NCBI GenBank assembly: GCA_016183175.1
Contig: JACPFC010000054.1
Location: forward strand, 8,313 to 72,312
From: Deltaproteobacteria bacterium
Lineage (GTDB): Bacteria; UBA10199; SBBF01
Reading direction: 5' to 3'
DNA length: 64,000 bases
The notes beneath the pieces are model-generated. The model did no database searches, had not been told where the DNA came from, and was given only the letters and a program-made list of their open reading frames with translations. The stretch's first letter is position 1, and each line of letters starts with the position of its first letter. Both the position numbers and the translations under genes were made by a program. Of this stretch, positions 1 to 10,810 are shown in pieces.

Positions 1-234
1 GACGCAATCGGCCTCTCCATTCTCTCCGGGGCGCACAACTATTTGTTTCCTGAAGTCATCCGTCTTCTCAAGGAAAAAGGGATCGGTGATGTCGCGGTCT
101 TCGGTGGCGGCATTGTGCCGGATGACGAAAAAGCGGAGTTGAAAAAGAAGGGGGTCGCCGAAATTTTCACCCCCGGCGCCGACACGCGGGATATTGTGGG
201 GTGGATCAAAGAAAACGTGAAGCCGCGGATGTGA
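1..234 (+). CDS. Cobalamin-binding small subunit of acyl-CoA (methylmalonyl-CoA) mutase, 5' truncated by window
   Basis: Frame 1 reads [19 protein letters not shown]...VFGGGIVP...EIFTPG, typical B12-binding domain C-terminus. Confidence 0.9.
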   Translation, partial: DAIGLSILSGAHNYLFPEVIRLLKEKGIGDVAVFGGGIVPDDEKAELKKKGVAEIFTPGADTRDIVGWIKENVKPRM

Positions 235-308
235 CTCTGGTAATTTAAGTATTGCAAACTGCAGTACAATAATATACTATAAACTGCATACAAAAATGAG
301 GTATTATT

Positions 309-581
309 ATGGGACAATTACAGGAACCTGTTACCATCAGCATCCGTGCCAGGGCGCGACAGCGTGATTTGATCGACCATGCCGCCGAACGGCTCGGTCG
401 CAGTCGTTCGGATTTCATGCTGGAAGTCGCTTGCCGAGAAGCCGAAAGCGTGTTGCTTGACCAAACCTATTTTGCGCTCGATGCCGATGCCTTTGCCCGG
501 TTTCAGGCCATGCTCGACAATCCTCCCAAGCCGACGGATCGCTTGCGTCGGCTGTTGACGACGAAAGCCCCCTGGGAATGA
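309..581 (+). CDS. DUF1778/TacA-like RHH antitoxin
   Basis: ISIRAR..RDLIDHAAERLGRSRSDFML..ALDADAFARF..LDNPP; overlaps GNAT toxin start; SD GAGGT. Confidence 0.9.
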   Translation: MGQLQEPVTISIRARARQRDLIDHAAERLGRSRSDFMLEVACREAESVLLDQTYFALDADAFARFQAMLDNPPKPTDRLRRLLTTKAPWE

Positions 582-1087
582 CCACCGAACTTTTGGCGCC
601 CACCCCTATCACCAAAGACCATGATCTTGGCGCATTCGATTGCGGGGAACCATCGCTGAATGAATGGCTGAAAAAGCGCGCGCTCAAGAATGACGGAGCC
701 AACGCGTCCCGCACCTATGTGATTGCCAATGGACAAACAGTCATCGGTTATTACTGTCTGGCCGCCGGCGCGGTTGGCCGCGCCACGGCGCCAAAGACAC
801 TGCGGCGCAATATGCCGGATACCATACCTGTCCTGGTGTTGGGCCGTCTCGCTATTCACAAAGATTACCATAATCGCGGCTTGGGAAGCGGGTTGTTGCG
901 TGATGCCGCCTTGCGGGCGTTGCAGGCGTCCCGGATTGCCGGTGTTTCGGCCATCCTGGTTCACGCTTTGTCGGAAACGGCCAAACGGTTCTATTTGTCG
1001 CGGGGTTTTGTCGAATCGCCAATCCAGCCGATGACGTTATGTCTTCTGCTATCGACAGCCGAAAAGATCATCGTCACGCGCAAGTAA
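578..1087 (+). CDS. GNAT-family toxin (TacT/AtaT-like)
   Basis: FDCGEPSLNEWL, IPVLVLGRLAIH..RGLGSGLL, FYLSRGF; ATGA-coupled to antitoxin. Confidence 0.9.
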   Translation: MTTELLAPTPITKDHDLGAFDCGEPSLNEWLKKRALKNDGANASRTYVIANGQTVIGYYCLAAGAVGRATAPKTLRRNMPDTIPVLVLGRLAIHKDYHNRGLGSGLLRDAALRALQASRIAGVSAILVHALSETAKRFYLSRGFVESPIQPMTLCLLLSTAEKIIVTRK

Positions 1088-1107
1088 CGATTCAATTTAT
1101 GAATTTT

Positions 1108-1814
1108 CTATTTGCCTTGAAACAGGGGTGAGCGTTTCTCCCGAATCGCCCGAATCCCTTCTTTGATGTCTTCAGTCGTAAACGTTTTTGCCTGACAGGC
1201 CGAATCGTAATCGAACATCTGTTCCAAGGTTCCGTGCAGGGCCTTTTGGATCCCTTTTTTGATCAGGACAACGGGCATCGGACCATTTTCAGCGATTACC
1301 TTGGCCACGCCGTGAACGTGCGGCAGAAGTTTGTCGGCCTCAAAAACACCGTTTAAAAGCCCCATATCAAAGGCCCGCTTCGCCGAGAGGTTTTCGGCCA
1401 AAAGAAGGACCTCGGCGGCCCTTGTCGGTCCGATCAGCCGCGTGATCAGCCAAGTGCCTCCCATGCCGGGGGCAAGACCGATTTTGGCAAAGTTGGCCCC
1501 CATTTTTGCCTCCAAGGAGGCATAGCGGAGATCGCAGGCAAGGGCGAGGCAAAAGCCGGCGCCGATGGCATGTCCATTGACGGCGGCAATGACGGGGATC
1601 TTTAAGTTTCGAACGTCCAGAAAAATTCGATAGAACATTTTGAGTTCTTTTTTGTTTGTTGCCTCTTTTTTGCGCGTCCGCGATTCGATCATGTCCAGAT
1701 TGCCGCCGGAAGAAAAAGCCCGTCCGGCGCCGGTTAAAATGTCAGGTTTTCCGGCCGGTTGAGGGTAACAGTTGCAATAGGACCTTCGATTTGCAAGATA
1801 ACAGGCTCGGACAT
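1108..1814 (-). pseudogene. Enoyl-CoA hydratase/isomerase with internal deletion and frameshift near 1741 (or assembly error)
   Basis: ATG at 1814 gives MSEPVILQIEGPIATVTLNRPENL then stop at 1736-1734; another frame resumes ILTGAGRAFSSGG...VNGHAIGAGFCLALACD; the segment normally between these blocks is absent. Confidence 0.75.
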
Positions 1815-1824
1815 ATGGCGCATT

Positions 1825-1996
1825 GTGACAATTCAGTCTCGTGTGTTTTCTTTCGATTCCGTCGGAACTCGCGGTCTTTGTAATCGCCACCCTGTTTGTA
1901 TGTTGTCGCCTGGTTTGTTCCGATTGGCGATGTTTTTAAGGTGCGCTCGGACAGCCGACGGACTCTTCAGAAAGCCACCCGAGACCGAATTGTCAC
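1825..1996 (+). mobile_element. 172-bp palindromic MITE/REPIN-like element, copy 1
   Basis: Ends GTGACAATTCAGTCTCG / CGAGACCGAATTGTCAC; shares TCGGAACTCGCGG and GCGCTC..AC..CCGA with copies at 35083, 55460, 59624. Confidence 0.85.
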
Positions 1997-2025
1997 CATA
2001 TGTTCCTAACAAAACCGGGTTTCAA

Positions 2026-2691
2026 ATGAAACAAAATTTTCCCATTCAGACCTCTTTTCTCGGAGAGGCGCCTTACCGTGAGGCTCTGGAGAAAATGAAT
2101 AGCCTTCGGGACGAACGTTTGGCGAATCGGATACCCGACCAACTCCTGTTTCTGGAACATCCCCCGGTGATTACGATGGGGCGGCGCCGGTCGCATGAAG
2201 ACTTGAAAATCAACCCCGAGGAGCTCAAACGGAGGGGGATTGAATTTGTCGAGACCGACCGGGGGGGGAGGCTCACCTATCACGGGCCGGGCCAACTGGT
2301 TGTCTATTTCATTGTGGATATCGAGACGCGAAAGATATCGATCGACAAAATGGTCTGGGCGGTGGAGGAGGGGGTTAAACGTCTTCTGGCCAAATATGGA
2401 ATTTCGGCGAGCCGCGACAAAAGAAATCCCGGAATCTGGGTTGGAAACAGTAAAATCGCCTCCATCGGCCTCCATGTCCACCGTGGCGTCACCACCCACG
2501 GTGTTGCGCTCAATGTCGATTGTGACCTTGCCCCTTTCGGTTACATCATCCCCTGCGGCATTGCCGGCGCCGGCGTGACCAATCTCGCCGAAATAACCGC
2601 CCGCAAATATTCGGTGGACGAGGTTGGGGGCGATTTGAGACGATGTTACGAAGATGTCTTCAACCAAAGAAGGCCACGTTGTTCGTCTTGA
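2026..2691 (+). CDS. lipB: Lipoyl(octanoyl) transferase
   Basis: LEHPPVITMGR, TDRGGRLTYHGPGQLV, KIASIG, HGVALNV, IIPCG; start moved to MKQNF outside the repeat. Confidence 0.95.
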   Translation: MKQNFPIQTSFLGEAPYREALEKMNSLRDERLANRIPDQLLFLEHPPVITMGRRRSHEDLKINPEELKRRGIEFVETDRGGRLTYHGPGQLVVYFIVDIETRKISIDKMVWAVEEGVKRLLAKYGISASRDKRNPGIWVGNSKIASIGLHVHRGVTTHGVALNVDCDLAPFGYIIPCGIAGAGVTNLAEITARKYSVDEVGGDLRRCYEDVFNQRRPRCSS

Positions 2692-3205
2692 ACGCTTCCG
2701 CCCGGAACATGGTAAAATCGTTTTCCGCTGGTTCTATGACCCTGCCTATAGGTTGTTCTTTCGGGATTTTGAGGACCCTTTGAGCCTCGAACAGTGCAAA
2801 AAATTTGACAAAGTCATGGCGGGATCCGGCGTCGGCATTTTCATGATCATCGAAAAATCTTCAGACAAACCGATCGGCATGGTAACCCATTGCTGTTTGA
2901 AAAAGAAGTCGGGGGTCAACCGGATCGGCATCATGCTCGACAAAGATTTCCAGCATAAAACCTATGCCATCGAGGCGCTCATTATTCTTCTCGATTATCT
3001 CTATAATCGATTGGGTTTTAAAAAAATAATTGTCGAGTATCTGGCCTCCGATCATCATATTCAGCGGATCTCCGAAAAGGGGGGATGGATTCGGGAGGCG
3101 GTCTTGAAACGCGAGGCGGTTGTTGACGGGGAATATGTGGACGAAGTTCGGTATTATATGTTCAAGGAAACCTACGAGGAGTTGTATGGGGATTATTTCA
3201 AATAA
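2654..3205 (+). CDS. RimJ/RimL-type GNAT acetyltransferase
   Basis: [42 protein letters not shown]. Confidence 0.75.
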   Translation: MSSTKEGHVVRLERFRPEHGKIVFRWFYDPAYRLFFRDFEDPLSLEQCKKFDKVMAGSGVGIFMIIEKSSDKPIGMVTHCCLKKKSGVNRIGIMLDKDFQHKTYAIEALIILLDYLYNRLGFKKIIVEYLASDHHIQRISEKGGWIREAVLKREAVVDGEYVDEVRYYMFKETYEELYGDYFK

Positions 3206-4814
3206 CTACATTTTCGCGGTAGATCCCGAAAACTTCCCGAAGGGTATTTGAAATTTCTCCCAGGGTGGCGTAACAGCGCGCCGCATTTAAAATATGCGGC
3301 ATGAGGTTGTCGGTTCCCCTTGCCGCCTGTTTGATTTTTGTCAATGCCTGTTCGACCTTTTTGTTGTCCCGGTCTTTGCGTACCTTGTCCAATCGCCCGA
3401 CCTGTTTTTTCTCCAGACTTGCGTCCACTTTCAAAATATCCGCCGCCGGGGGCTCCTGGATCTGAAACTCGTTGACGCCAACGATGATCAGTTTTTTTTC
3501 TTCAATGCTTCGCTGATAGTCGTAAGCGGCATTCTGGATTTCCTGCTGGATATAACCCTTTTCGATCGCCTTTACCGAACCTCCCATCTGATCGATCCGT
3601 TCAATGTATTCCAGCGCCTTTTTTTCAATCGTATCGGTCAACGATTCGACAAAATACGAGCCGGCCAGTGGATCGACCGTGTCGCCGATTCCCGTTTCAT
3701 AGGCGAGAATCTGTTGTGTGCGGAGGGCAATTCGCGCTGAAACCTCTGTTGGAAGGGCCAGGGCTTCATCGCGTGCGTTGGTATGGAGACTCTGCGTGCC
3801 CCCCAGGGCCGCCGCCATCGCCTGATACGCGACGCGGACAACGTTGTTGTCAATCTGTTGCGCCGTCAGCGAACAACCGGCTGTTTGTGTGTGAAAGCGA
3901 AGTTGGCAGGAACGGTCGTTCGCCTTGAAACGTTCGCGCATCAGCCGGGCCCAAAGGCGTCTGGCGGCGCGGAATTTGGCCGCTTCTTCGAAAAAATAGT
4001 TGTGCCCGTTGAAAAAGAAGGAGAGGCGGGGGGCAAAGTCGTCAACCTTCAGTCCCGCATCGATCGCGGCTTTCACATAGGCAAGGCCGTTGGCCAGGGT
4101 AAAGGCCACTTCTTGAACGGCGGTCGATCCGGCTTCGCGGATGTGATAACCGGAGATCGAAATCGTATTCCACTTGGGGACATGGTCTTTGCAGAAGGCA
4201 AAAATATCGGTGATGATCCGCATCGACGGTTCCGGGGGATAAATATAAGTGCCGCGGGCGATGTATTCCTTCAAAATATCGTTTTGAATCGTGCCCGAGA
4301 GTTTATCGGCCGAAATTCCTTTTTTTTCGGCGACGGCGATGTAAAAGGCGAGAAGAATTGCCGCCGTGGCGTTGATGGTCATGGATGTGGAAACCTGGTC
4401 GAGAGGAATGCCGTCCATCAAAACTTCCATATCGGCAAGTGAGGCGATCGCCACACCTGTTTTGCCGACTTCCCCTTTGGCCCGCGGATCGTCGGAATCG
4501 AGTCCCATCTGCGTGGGGAGATCGAAGGCCACCGAAAGCCCGGTGCCGCCATGGGCAATCAAGTCGCGGTAACGCTTGTTGGACTCCTCTGCCGTCCCGA
4601 AGCCGGCATACTGCCGCATCGTCCAGAAACGGCCGCGGTACATATCGGGCTGAACGCCGCGGGTGTAGGGAAATTGACCGGGCTGACCGAGGTCGCGCCG
4701 ATATTTCTCATCCGTTTTTTGAGGAGCATAAAGAGGCTCGACCGGAATTTTCGAGAGGGTTTCGAAGGTTTCTTTTGTCCGGTTTTTCTTTTCTTTGGCG
4801 CCGCTCTTCGGCAT
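3198..4814 (-). CDS. Methylmalonyl-CoA mutase large (substrate-binding) subunit
   Basis: [22 protein letters not shown] (Tyr at specificity position), [33 protein letters not shown]. Confidence 0.95.
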   Translation of the reverse strand: MPKSGAKEKKNRTKETFETLSKIPVEPLYAPQKTDEKYRRDLGQPGQFPYTRGVQPDMYRGRFWTMRQYAGFGTAEESNKRYRDLIAHGGTGLSVAFDLPTQMGLDSDDPRAKGEVGKTGVAIASLADMEVLMDGIPLDQVSTSMTINATAAILLAFYIAVAEKKGISADKLSGTIQNDILKEYIARGTYIYPPEPSMRIITDIFAFCKDHVPKWNTISISGYHIREAGSTAVQEVAFTLANGLAYVKAAIDAGLKVDDFAPRLSFFFNGHNYFFEEAAKFRAARRLWARLMRERFKANDRSCQLRFHTQTAGCSLTAQQIDNNVVRVAYQAMAAALGGTQSLHTNARDEALALPTEVSARIALRTQQILAYETGIGDTVDPLAGSYFVESLTDTIEKKALEYIERIDQMGGSVKAIEKGYIQQEIQNAAYDYQRSIEEKKLIIVGVNEFQIQEPPAADILKVDASLEKKQVGRLDKVRKDRDNKKVEQALTKIKQAARGTDNLMPHILNAARCYATLGEISNTLREVFGIYRENVVI

Positions 4815-4820
4815 TGGTTG

Positions 4821-4849
4821 CATATATCGCAGGGTCAGGGATGTGTCAA
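4821..4849 (-). promoter_or_regulatory. Sigma70-like promoter of mutase gene, probably leaderless transcript
   Basis: Minus strand TTGACA-17 nt-TATATG, 6 nt before ATG 4814; no SD. Confidence 0.55.
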
Positions 4850-5065
4850 AACACCTTTTATTCTTGAACCCGCTCAAGCGCCTGTCTTGCAAATTGTCCG
4901 ATGAGGGTCTGTTCCTGGGATAATTCCTTCAAACGGGGGAGGGCTTTCCCGGCCCGGGGGCCGATATTGCTGTTTGGGGAGAGATGTCATCACTGACTTT
5001 GTAAATTCATCGGCCCGGGAATACCCTTGACCGATGCATATAAATAGTGCATATTGATATGCATT

Positions 5066-5257
5066 ATGAGAACAACCGTCAACTTGGATAAAAATTTGTA
5101 CGAAAATGCCGCCAAGGCCGCCGGTGTCTCCGAAAAAACCCGCCTCATTCACATGGGGTTTGAGGCCCTCATCCGCAAAACGGCCTCCGAAAGACTGGCC
5201 CGGGTTTTCGGTTCCTACAAACGGGCAAACGCCCCCCGTCGCCGAAGGCCTTCATGA
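5066..5257 (+). CDS. vapB: VapB-like antitoxin
   Basis: MRTTVNLDKNL..AAKAAGVSEKTRLI..GFEAL; upstream TTGACC-17-CATATT with ATGCATAT/ATATGCAT inverted repeat. Confidence 0.8.
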   Translation: MRTTVNLDKNLYENAAKAAGVSEKTRLIHMGFEALIRKTASERLARVFGSYKRANAPRRRRPS

Positions 5258-5628
5258 TTCTTGTCGACACGAGCATCTGGATCGGCCACCTCAAGGGAAA
5301 AGCGGAGGCCTTCCCTCTTTCCGATTTGCTGAAAGAAGAACAGGTGATAACCCATCCGTGGATCATCGGTGAACTCGTAATGGGGGATTTGGGGCCGCGC
5401 AGAAACGAGTTTCTGTCCGATGTCGGCAAGCTCCAGCAACTTCCATCATACGATTCGGAAGAATTAAGGGTCTTTGTCGATTCCGAACATTTGTTCGGTT
5501 CGGGATTGTCCTTTGTCGATGTGCAATTGTTGTATGCCGCCATTCAGGGAAACTGTCGCCTCTGGACACGCGACAAGGCCCTTAAGAGGATGGCAGACCG
5601 TTACAGCGTCGCCTATGGCCCCATTTAA
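5254..5628 (+). CDS. vapC: VapC PIN-domain toxin
   Basis: MILVDTSIWI, HPWIIGEL, GLSFVDVQL, LWTRDKAL. Confidence 0.9.
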   Translation: MILVDTSIWIGHLKGKAEAFPLSDLLKEEQVITHPWIIGELVMGDLGPRRNEFLSDVGKLQQLPSYDSEELRVFVDSEHLFGSGLSFVDVQLLYAAIQGNCRLWTRDKALKRMADRYSVAYGPI

Positions 5629-5696
5629 GAAAAATCAACGGTTGAACAGTCCTTGACTTAACGCATCCGTGACTTTATTTAAATCAGGTCTATTTT

Positions 5697-5848
5697 CAGG
5701 GGCTCGCGTCGCCTCCGCCAAACTGCTCGGCGGACCCGCCGCGTTGTTTGGCGGGCCCTCCACCGGCGAAGCCGGATACAAGCCGCGATTCATTCGCGGC
5801 GCGTAGCAAACCGTATGGTTTGCGAAGTAAGATAGTTGCCTCCCCCTC
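5697..5848 (+). repeat. Composite palindromic repeat: module D split by nested hairpins
   Basis: 5697-5713, 5756-5777 and 5838-5848 match three consecutive segments of 55516-55567; inserts are hairpins. Confidence 0.8.
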
Positions 5849-5882
5849 AACGCGCCTTTGGCGCTGGTTATTTTAGCTGATT

Positions 5883-7427
5883 ATGAAAGACAAACTTCAC
5901 ATTCTCAAGGAAAAAGAGGCCCAAGCCTTAACCGGCGGCGGCGAGGAGCGGGTTGCCAAACAGCACGAGGCGGGGAAACTCACCGCCCGCGAGCGGATCG
6001 ACAAGCTCCTCGATCCCGGCAGTTTTGTCGAAACCGACCGCTTTGTCACCCACCGCTGTGCCGACTTCGGAATGGAAAAACAGAAAATTCTCGGCGATGG
6101 CGTGATCACCGGCTACGGCAAGGTGAATGGACGTCTTGTTTTTGTCTTTGCGCAGGATTTCACCTCGTTCGGCGGATCGCTGGGGGAGGCGTATGCCAAA
6201 AAAATCTGCAAAATAATGGATCATGCCATGAAAGTGGGGGCCCCCGTCATCGGGTTGAACGACTCGGGAGGGGCGCGGATTCAGGAAGGGGTGATCAGTC
6301 TCGCCGGTTATGCCGACATCTTTCAGCGAAACGTGATGAGCTCCGGCGTCATCCCGCAAATTTCGGTCATCATGGGCCCCTGCGCCGGCGGCGCCGTCTA
6401 CTCGCCGGCGATGACCGACTTCATCGTCATGGTTCAAAACACCGCGCACATGTTTATCACCGGGCCGGATGTCATCAAGGCGGTTACTCATGAAGAGGTT
6501 TCGAAAGAAAAACTGGGGGGGGCGATTTCGCACAGTTCCATCAGTGGTGTCGCCCATTTTGCAGCGGAATCCGAAGATGCAAGCCTCGAACTGGTGAAGG
6601 AACTGCTGGGCTTCATCCCCTCCAACAACCGCGAACCGGTGCCGTTTGTCCCGGCGGGGGATCCGTCCGATCGAGTCTGCTCCAAACTCGATTCAATTAT
6701 TCCCGATAGCCCCAACAAGCCCTACGACATCAAGGAAATCATCGCCGAAACATTGGACGACGGCCATTTCACGGAGATCCACGCCAATTACGCCAAAAAT
6801 ATGGTGATCGGTTTCGGACGAATCGGCGGTTATTCAATCGGCATTGTGGCCAATCAGCCGGCGCACTTGGCGGGGTGCCTCGACATCAACGCCTCGATCA
6901 AGGGGGCGCGGTTCGTCCGGTTTTGCGACGCTTTCAATATCCCCCTTGTCACTTTTGTCGATGTTCCGGGATTTTTGCCCGGCACAGCACAGGAGTACGG
7001 TGGCATCATCATGCATGGCGCGAAACTTTTGTATGCCTTCTGCGAGGCGACCGTTCCGAAAATAACGGTTATTACCCGCAAGGCTTACGGCGGCGCGTAC
7101 GACGTTATGAGCTCCAAGCATATTCGCGGCGATGTCAGCTACGCCTACCCCGGCGCCGAAATCGCCGTGATGGGCCCCGACGGAGCGGTGAACATTATCT
7201 TCAAAAAACAGATCGAACAGTCTGCCGACGCGAAAGGGGAAAAAGAGCGCCTCGTGGCCGAATACCGCGAAAAATTCGCCAGCCCCTACAAAGCGGCGGA
7301 GTTGGGCTATATCGACGAGGTGATTCTCCCGTCCGACACGCGAAAAAAGATTTTTGCCGCATTGGAGATGTTGCAGAACAAGGTGGATTCGAATCCGAAG
7401 AAAAAACACGGGAATATTCCCTTGTAG
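5883..7427 (+). CDS. pccB: Propionyl/acyl-CoA carboxylase carboxyltransferase beta subunit
   Basis: [62 protein letters not shown]. Confidence 0.95.
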   Translation: MKDKLHILKEKEAQALTGGGEERVAKQHEAGKLTARERIDKLLDPGSFVETDRFVTHRCADFGMEKQKILGDGVITGYGKVNGRLVFVFAQDFTSFGGSLGEAYAKKICKIMDHAMKVGAPVIGLNDSGGARIQEGVISLAGYADIFQRNVMSSGVIPQISVIMGPCAGGAVYSPAMTDFIVMVQNTAHMFITGPDVIKAVTHEEVSKEKLGGAISHSSISGVAHFAAESEDASLELVKELLGFIPSNNREPVPFVPAGDPSDRVCSKLDSIIPDSPNKPYDIKEIIAETLDDGHFTEIHANYAKNMVIGFGRIGGYSIGIVANQPAHLAGCLDINASIKGARFVRFCDAFNIPLVTFVDVPGFLPGTAQEYGGIIMHGAKLLYAFCEATVPKITVITRKAYGGAYDVMSSKHIRGDVSYAYPGAEIAVMGPDGAVNIIFKKQIEQSADAKGEKERLVAEYREKFASPYKAAELGYIDEVILPSDTRKKIFAALEMLQNKVDSNPKKKHGNIPL

Positions 7428-7483
7428 GGGCGGCCCTGTGTGGCCGCCCTCCGTGCAGGGCAACCACATAGGGTTGCCCCTAC
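7424..7483. repeat. GTAG-type REP doublet (REPIN-like)
   Basis: GTAGGGGCGGCCCTGTGTGGCCGCCC...GGGCAACCACATAGGGTTGCCCCTAC; its GTAG contains the pccB stop. Confidence 0.85.
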
Positions 7484-7485
7484 GC

Positions 7486-9012
7486 ATGAAAACCAAAAAA
7501 ATCAAAAAGATCCTTATCGCCAACCGCGGCGAAATTGCCGTCCGGATCATGCGGACCTGTCGCGATCTCGGCATTTCAACCGTGGCGGTTTATTCGGAGG
7601 CCGATCGCTCCGCTCTTCATGTTCAAGTCGCGGATGAGGCCTATTGCATCGGCCCGGCCCCTGCGGTTGAAAGTTATCTCGTTCCCGAAAAGATAATCGA
7701 TGCCGCCAACAAGAGCGGGGCGGATGCTGTTCATCCCGGCTACGGGTTTCTTTCCGAGAAATCGGTTTTCTCAAAAGCTTGCCAAAATGCCGGAATCATC
7801 TTTCTGGGTCCCAAACCCGAAACCATCGACGCCATGGGGAGTAAAACAGGGGCGCGCCAGATTGCCGAGAAGGCGAGGGTGCCAATGGTGCCGGGCACGA
7901 AGGAGGCTCTCAAAGATTTAGCCGAAGCCAAACAAATTGCCAAAAAGATCGGCTATCCCGTTTTTCTAAAGGCTGTGTCGGGCGGCGGGGGGAAAGGGAT
8001 GCGTTTGGTCGAGAAAGAGGCCGACATGGAATCGGCCATGACCCGGGCGGGATCAGAAGCAAAGAAAAGCTTTAATGATGATAGTCTATATATTGAAAAA
8101 TACATTGTAAAACCACGCCATATTGAGGTTCAGGTCGTCTTCGATCAGCAGGGAAAAGGGCTTCATTTGTTTGAGCGTGAATGTTCTCTTCAGCGACGGC
8201 ATCAAAAGGTGATCGAAGAGGCGCCGTCCCCCTTTATTTCGGCGGCCACCCGAAAAAAAATGACCGAAGCGGCGGTTCGTTTGGCGGCATCAGTCGGGTA
8301 TGTTGGAGTGGGGACGCTCGAATTTTTGGTCGACAAGGAGGAGAATTTTTATTTCCTCGAAATGAACACCCGCCTGCAGGTGGAGCATCCGGTTACGGAA
8401 ATGATCACTGGCCTCGATCTGGTGAAACTCCAAATTGAGATTGGAGAGGGGAAACCCCTTTCTCTCAAACAATCCGACATTACCCTGCGCGGTCATGCGG
8501 TCGAGTGCCGCCTGTATGCCGAAGACCCGGAAAATAATTTTTTTCCTTCTCCCGGCACCATCGAGTGGATGACAATCCCGGAAGGGCCGGGGGTCCGGCA
8601 CGACAGCGGCGTTTACGAGGGGGCCACAATTCCCATCTACTACGACCCGCTTATTGCCAAGTTGATCACCTGGGGGGAAAGCCGCCAACATGCCTTTTGC
8701 CGGATGCAAAGGGCCCTTCGCGAATATGAAATCGGCGGATTTAAAAACAACATCCCGTTTTTGCGAACGCTGGTCGAAAACCCCGATGTTTTGGCGGCCA
8801 AAATGTATACGCACTATATCGACGATCATCCCGAAATCCTCAAACGCCGTCCGGTGGATCTGCCGAACGAGATTATCTTCGGCATTGCCGCCTATGACCG
8901 AACAAAGCGGCCCATGGCCACTCCGGCGTCCGGCGTGGCGACTGTCGGGAGAGAAACGATGTCCCAGTGGAAAGCGCAAGGTTTGAGGGACGCGTTGGAG
9001 CAGAGATTTTGA
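7486..9012 (+). CDS. Biotin carboxylase subunit
   Basis: KILIANRGEIAVR, HPGYGFLSE, GGGGKGMR, RECSLQRRHQK, EMNTRLQVEHPVTE. Confidence 0.95.
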   Translation: MKTKKIKKILIANRGEIAVRIMRTCRDLGISTVAVYSEADRSALHVQVADEAYCIGPAPAVESYLVPEKIIDAANKSGADAVHPGYGFLSEKSVFSKACQNAGIIFLGPKPETIDAMGSKTGARQIAEKARVPMVPGTKEALKDLAEAKQIAKKIGYPVFLKAVSGGGGKGMRLVEKEADMESAMTRAGSEAKKSFNDDSLYIEKYIVKPRHIEVQVVFDQQGKGLHLFERECSLQRRHQKVIEEAPSPFISAATRKKMTEAAVRLAASVGYVGVGTLEFLVDKEENFYFLEMNTRLQVEHPVTEMITGLDLVKLQIEIGEGKPLSLKQSDITLRGHAVECRLYAEDPENNFFPSPGTIEWMTIPEGPGVRHDSGVYEGATIPIYYDPLIAKLITWGESRQHAFCRMQRALREYEIGGFKNNIPFLRTLVENPDVLAAKMYTHYIDDHPEILKRRPVDLPNEIIFGIAAYDRTKRPMATPASGVATVGRETMSQWKAQGLRDALEQRF

Positions 9013-9587
9013 AATCCAAAAAATTCACCGCCACGCACGACGGAAAAGAGACGCCGATTGAAATCGGCGAAATCGCCCCCGATAGTCTGCGCATTGTCTC
9101 CAACGGCAAGACATGGGAGGTGGATGTTCACATCGCGGGGCCGAACCATTATTCGGTCATTCACGACGGACGGTCGCATGATCTTCGTTTTCATCAAAGC
9201 GGCCCGGAAATTCAGGCTTTTCTTCATGGCGAGCATCTCTATTTTCAGCTTGATGAAGAGGGCAAGGCCGGAAAACCCAAACCGGGAGCCGGCAGGTTGC
9301 TTGGTGGCAAGCCGGGGGGAAAAATCGGTGGCGGCGCCACCCCGACAAGGGGCCCCTTTGGGGCTGGCGAGGGAAAGGTCGAACTGATCGCCCAGATGCC
9401 GGGCAAAATTGTCAGTGTCGCCGTCAAAAAAGGGGACAAGGTTGAAGAAGGGGAGGGGGTGGTTGTTCTTGAGGCGATGAAGATGGAAAACGAGATGAAA
9501 TCCCCAAAGTCGGGCGTTGTCACCGATGTCCGCGTGGCCCCCGGCCAGTCGGTTGAAAACGGCGCCTTGCTGGTTGTCATCGAATAG
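9009..9587 (+). CDS. Biotin carboxyl carrier subunit
   Basis: AQMPGKIV, EAMKMENE; TTG start overlapping previous stop; long Gly/Pro linker. Confidence 0.9.
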   Translation: MKSKKFTATHDGKETPIEIGEIAPDSLRIVSNGKTWEVDVHIAGPNHYSVIHDGRSHDLRFHQSGPEIQAFLHGEHLYFQLDEEGKAGKPKPGAGRLLGGKPGGKIGGGATPTRGPFGAGEGKVELIAQMPGKIVSVAVKKGDKVEEGEGVVVLEAMKMENEMKSPKSGVVTDVRVAPGQSVENGALLVVIE

Positions 9588-9590
9588 GAT

Positions 9591-9878
9591 ATGCTTGACC
9601 GCATGAAATTGCCGACTCTTTTTGTTTTTCTCCTTGCGGTTCTTGTCCCCTCAATTTCGTCTGCCGACGAAATCACCCATTCCCTCGGCAATGCCGTCTA
9701 TGCCGTCCGCGAGGCGCGGATATGGCATGCCGACACGAAAAGCCCCGACCATTATCGCGTGGCGGTGAATCTCCTGCAGAAAGCCCAGAATACGGCGAAC
9801 AAAGACGAAGCCCTGCATCTGGCCGCCGAGGCTGAAAAAGAGGCACAACTTGCCCTCCAAGAGGCCTGGAACAAATAA
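9591..9878 (+). CDS. Small secreted helical protein
   Basis: Signal-peptide-like N-terminus; operonic position. Confidence 0.6.
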   Translation: MLDRMKLPTLFVFLLAVLVPSISSADEITHSLGNAVYAVREARIWHADTKSPDHYRVAVNLLQKAQNTANKDEALHLAAEAEKEAQLALQEAWNK

Positions 9879-9880
9879 TC

Positions 9881-10810
9881 ATGCCGAAAACCGGAATCGT
9901 TTGGGACGAACGTTATCTTGCGCATGACACCGGAACCGGTCATCCGGAATCCCCCCGTCGTCTGCTGGCCATCAAAGAGGTTCTTGATACCGACTCCACG
10001 CTTGTTTCCATCCCCCCCCGTTTGGCCACCAAAGAAGAGGTTGGCTGGGTTCATTCGAAAGAACACATCGAGAATGTCGAAAAAACGCGGGGCGTCCCTC
10101 ACGGCTATTTTGACCTCGACACGCCGGTCTCCGCCGATTCGGCGGAGGCCGCCTTTCTGGCGGTCGGGGGCTTACTTACGGCCGCCGAGGCGGTTTTTTC
10201 GGGAAAGGTGGACAACGCCTTCGCCTTTCCCCGGCCGCCGGGACACCATGCCGAATCGACACGCGCGATGGGATTCTGCCTTTTCAACAACATCGCCGTC
10301 GCCGCCGAATATCTGGTTCGCCAAAAGGGGCTCAAACGGATTGCCATTGTCGATATCGACGTTCATCACGGAAACGGAACCCAGCATTTTTTTTATGCTC
10401 GGGACGACGTTTTCTACGTCTCGACCCACCGCTATCCGTTCTATCCGGGAACCGGAGCTGTCGACGAAACGGGAACGGGAAAAGGGAAGGGGTACACCTT
10501 GAATCTTCCCTTCGACGCCCTCGGAGATGATGACGATTATGCGAAGGGGTATGATAAAAAAATTCTTCCGGCCCTTCACGAATACAAACCGGAGTTTGTC
10601 CTCGTTTCGGCCGGATTCGACGCGCATCGGCGCGATCCGCTTGGCGGCATGAAAATCACCAAAGGGGGATTTAAGATGATGGCGCGAAATCTCTTCGATG
10701 TCGCCCAAAAATATTCAGGCGCAAAAATCGTTTTTGTTCTGGAAGGGGGATATGATATGAAAGGGTTGCAGGAAGGGGTCGAGGCCGTTCTGGAGGTGAT
10801 CCATGCGTAG
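9881..10810 (+). CDS. Histone deacetylase family protein
   Basis: HPESPRR, RPPGHHA, GFCLFNN, DIDVHHGNGTQ, SAGFDAH, LEGGY. Confidence 0.95.
   Translation: MPKTGIVWDERYLAHDTGTGHPESPRRLLAIKEVLDTDSTLVSIPPRLATKEEVGWVHSKEHIENVEKTRGVPHGYFDLDTPVSADSAEAAFLAVGGLLTAAEAVFSGKVDNAFAFPRPPGHHAESTRAMGFCLFNNIAVAAEYLVRQKGLKRIAIVDIDVHHGNGTQHFFYARDDVFYVSTHRYPFYPGTGAVDETGTGKGKGYTLNLPFDALGDDDDYAKGYDKKILPALHEYKPEFVLVSAGFDAHRRDPLGGMKITKGGFKMMARNLFDVAQKYSGAKIVFVLEGGYDMKGLQEGVEAVLEVIHA

Noticed and set aside
1759..2025. N-terminal extensions of lipB (also tyrA, sppA, lipA, dciA, dksA, tsaC, biotin carboxylase) in the ORF track
   Set aside because: They run through repeat elements; family-like sequence begins at downstream starts
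4850..5025. Possible 6S RNA or cobalamin riboswitch upstream of the mutase
   Set aside because: Could not fold a long 6S rod or find a B12 box by eye; needs an Infernal/Rfam scan
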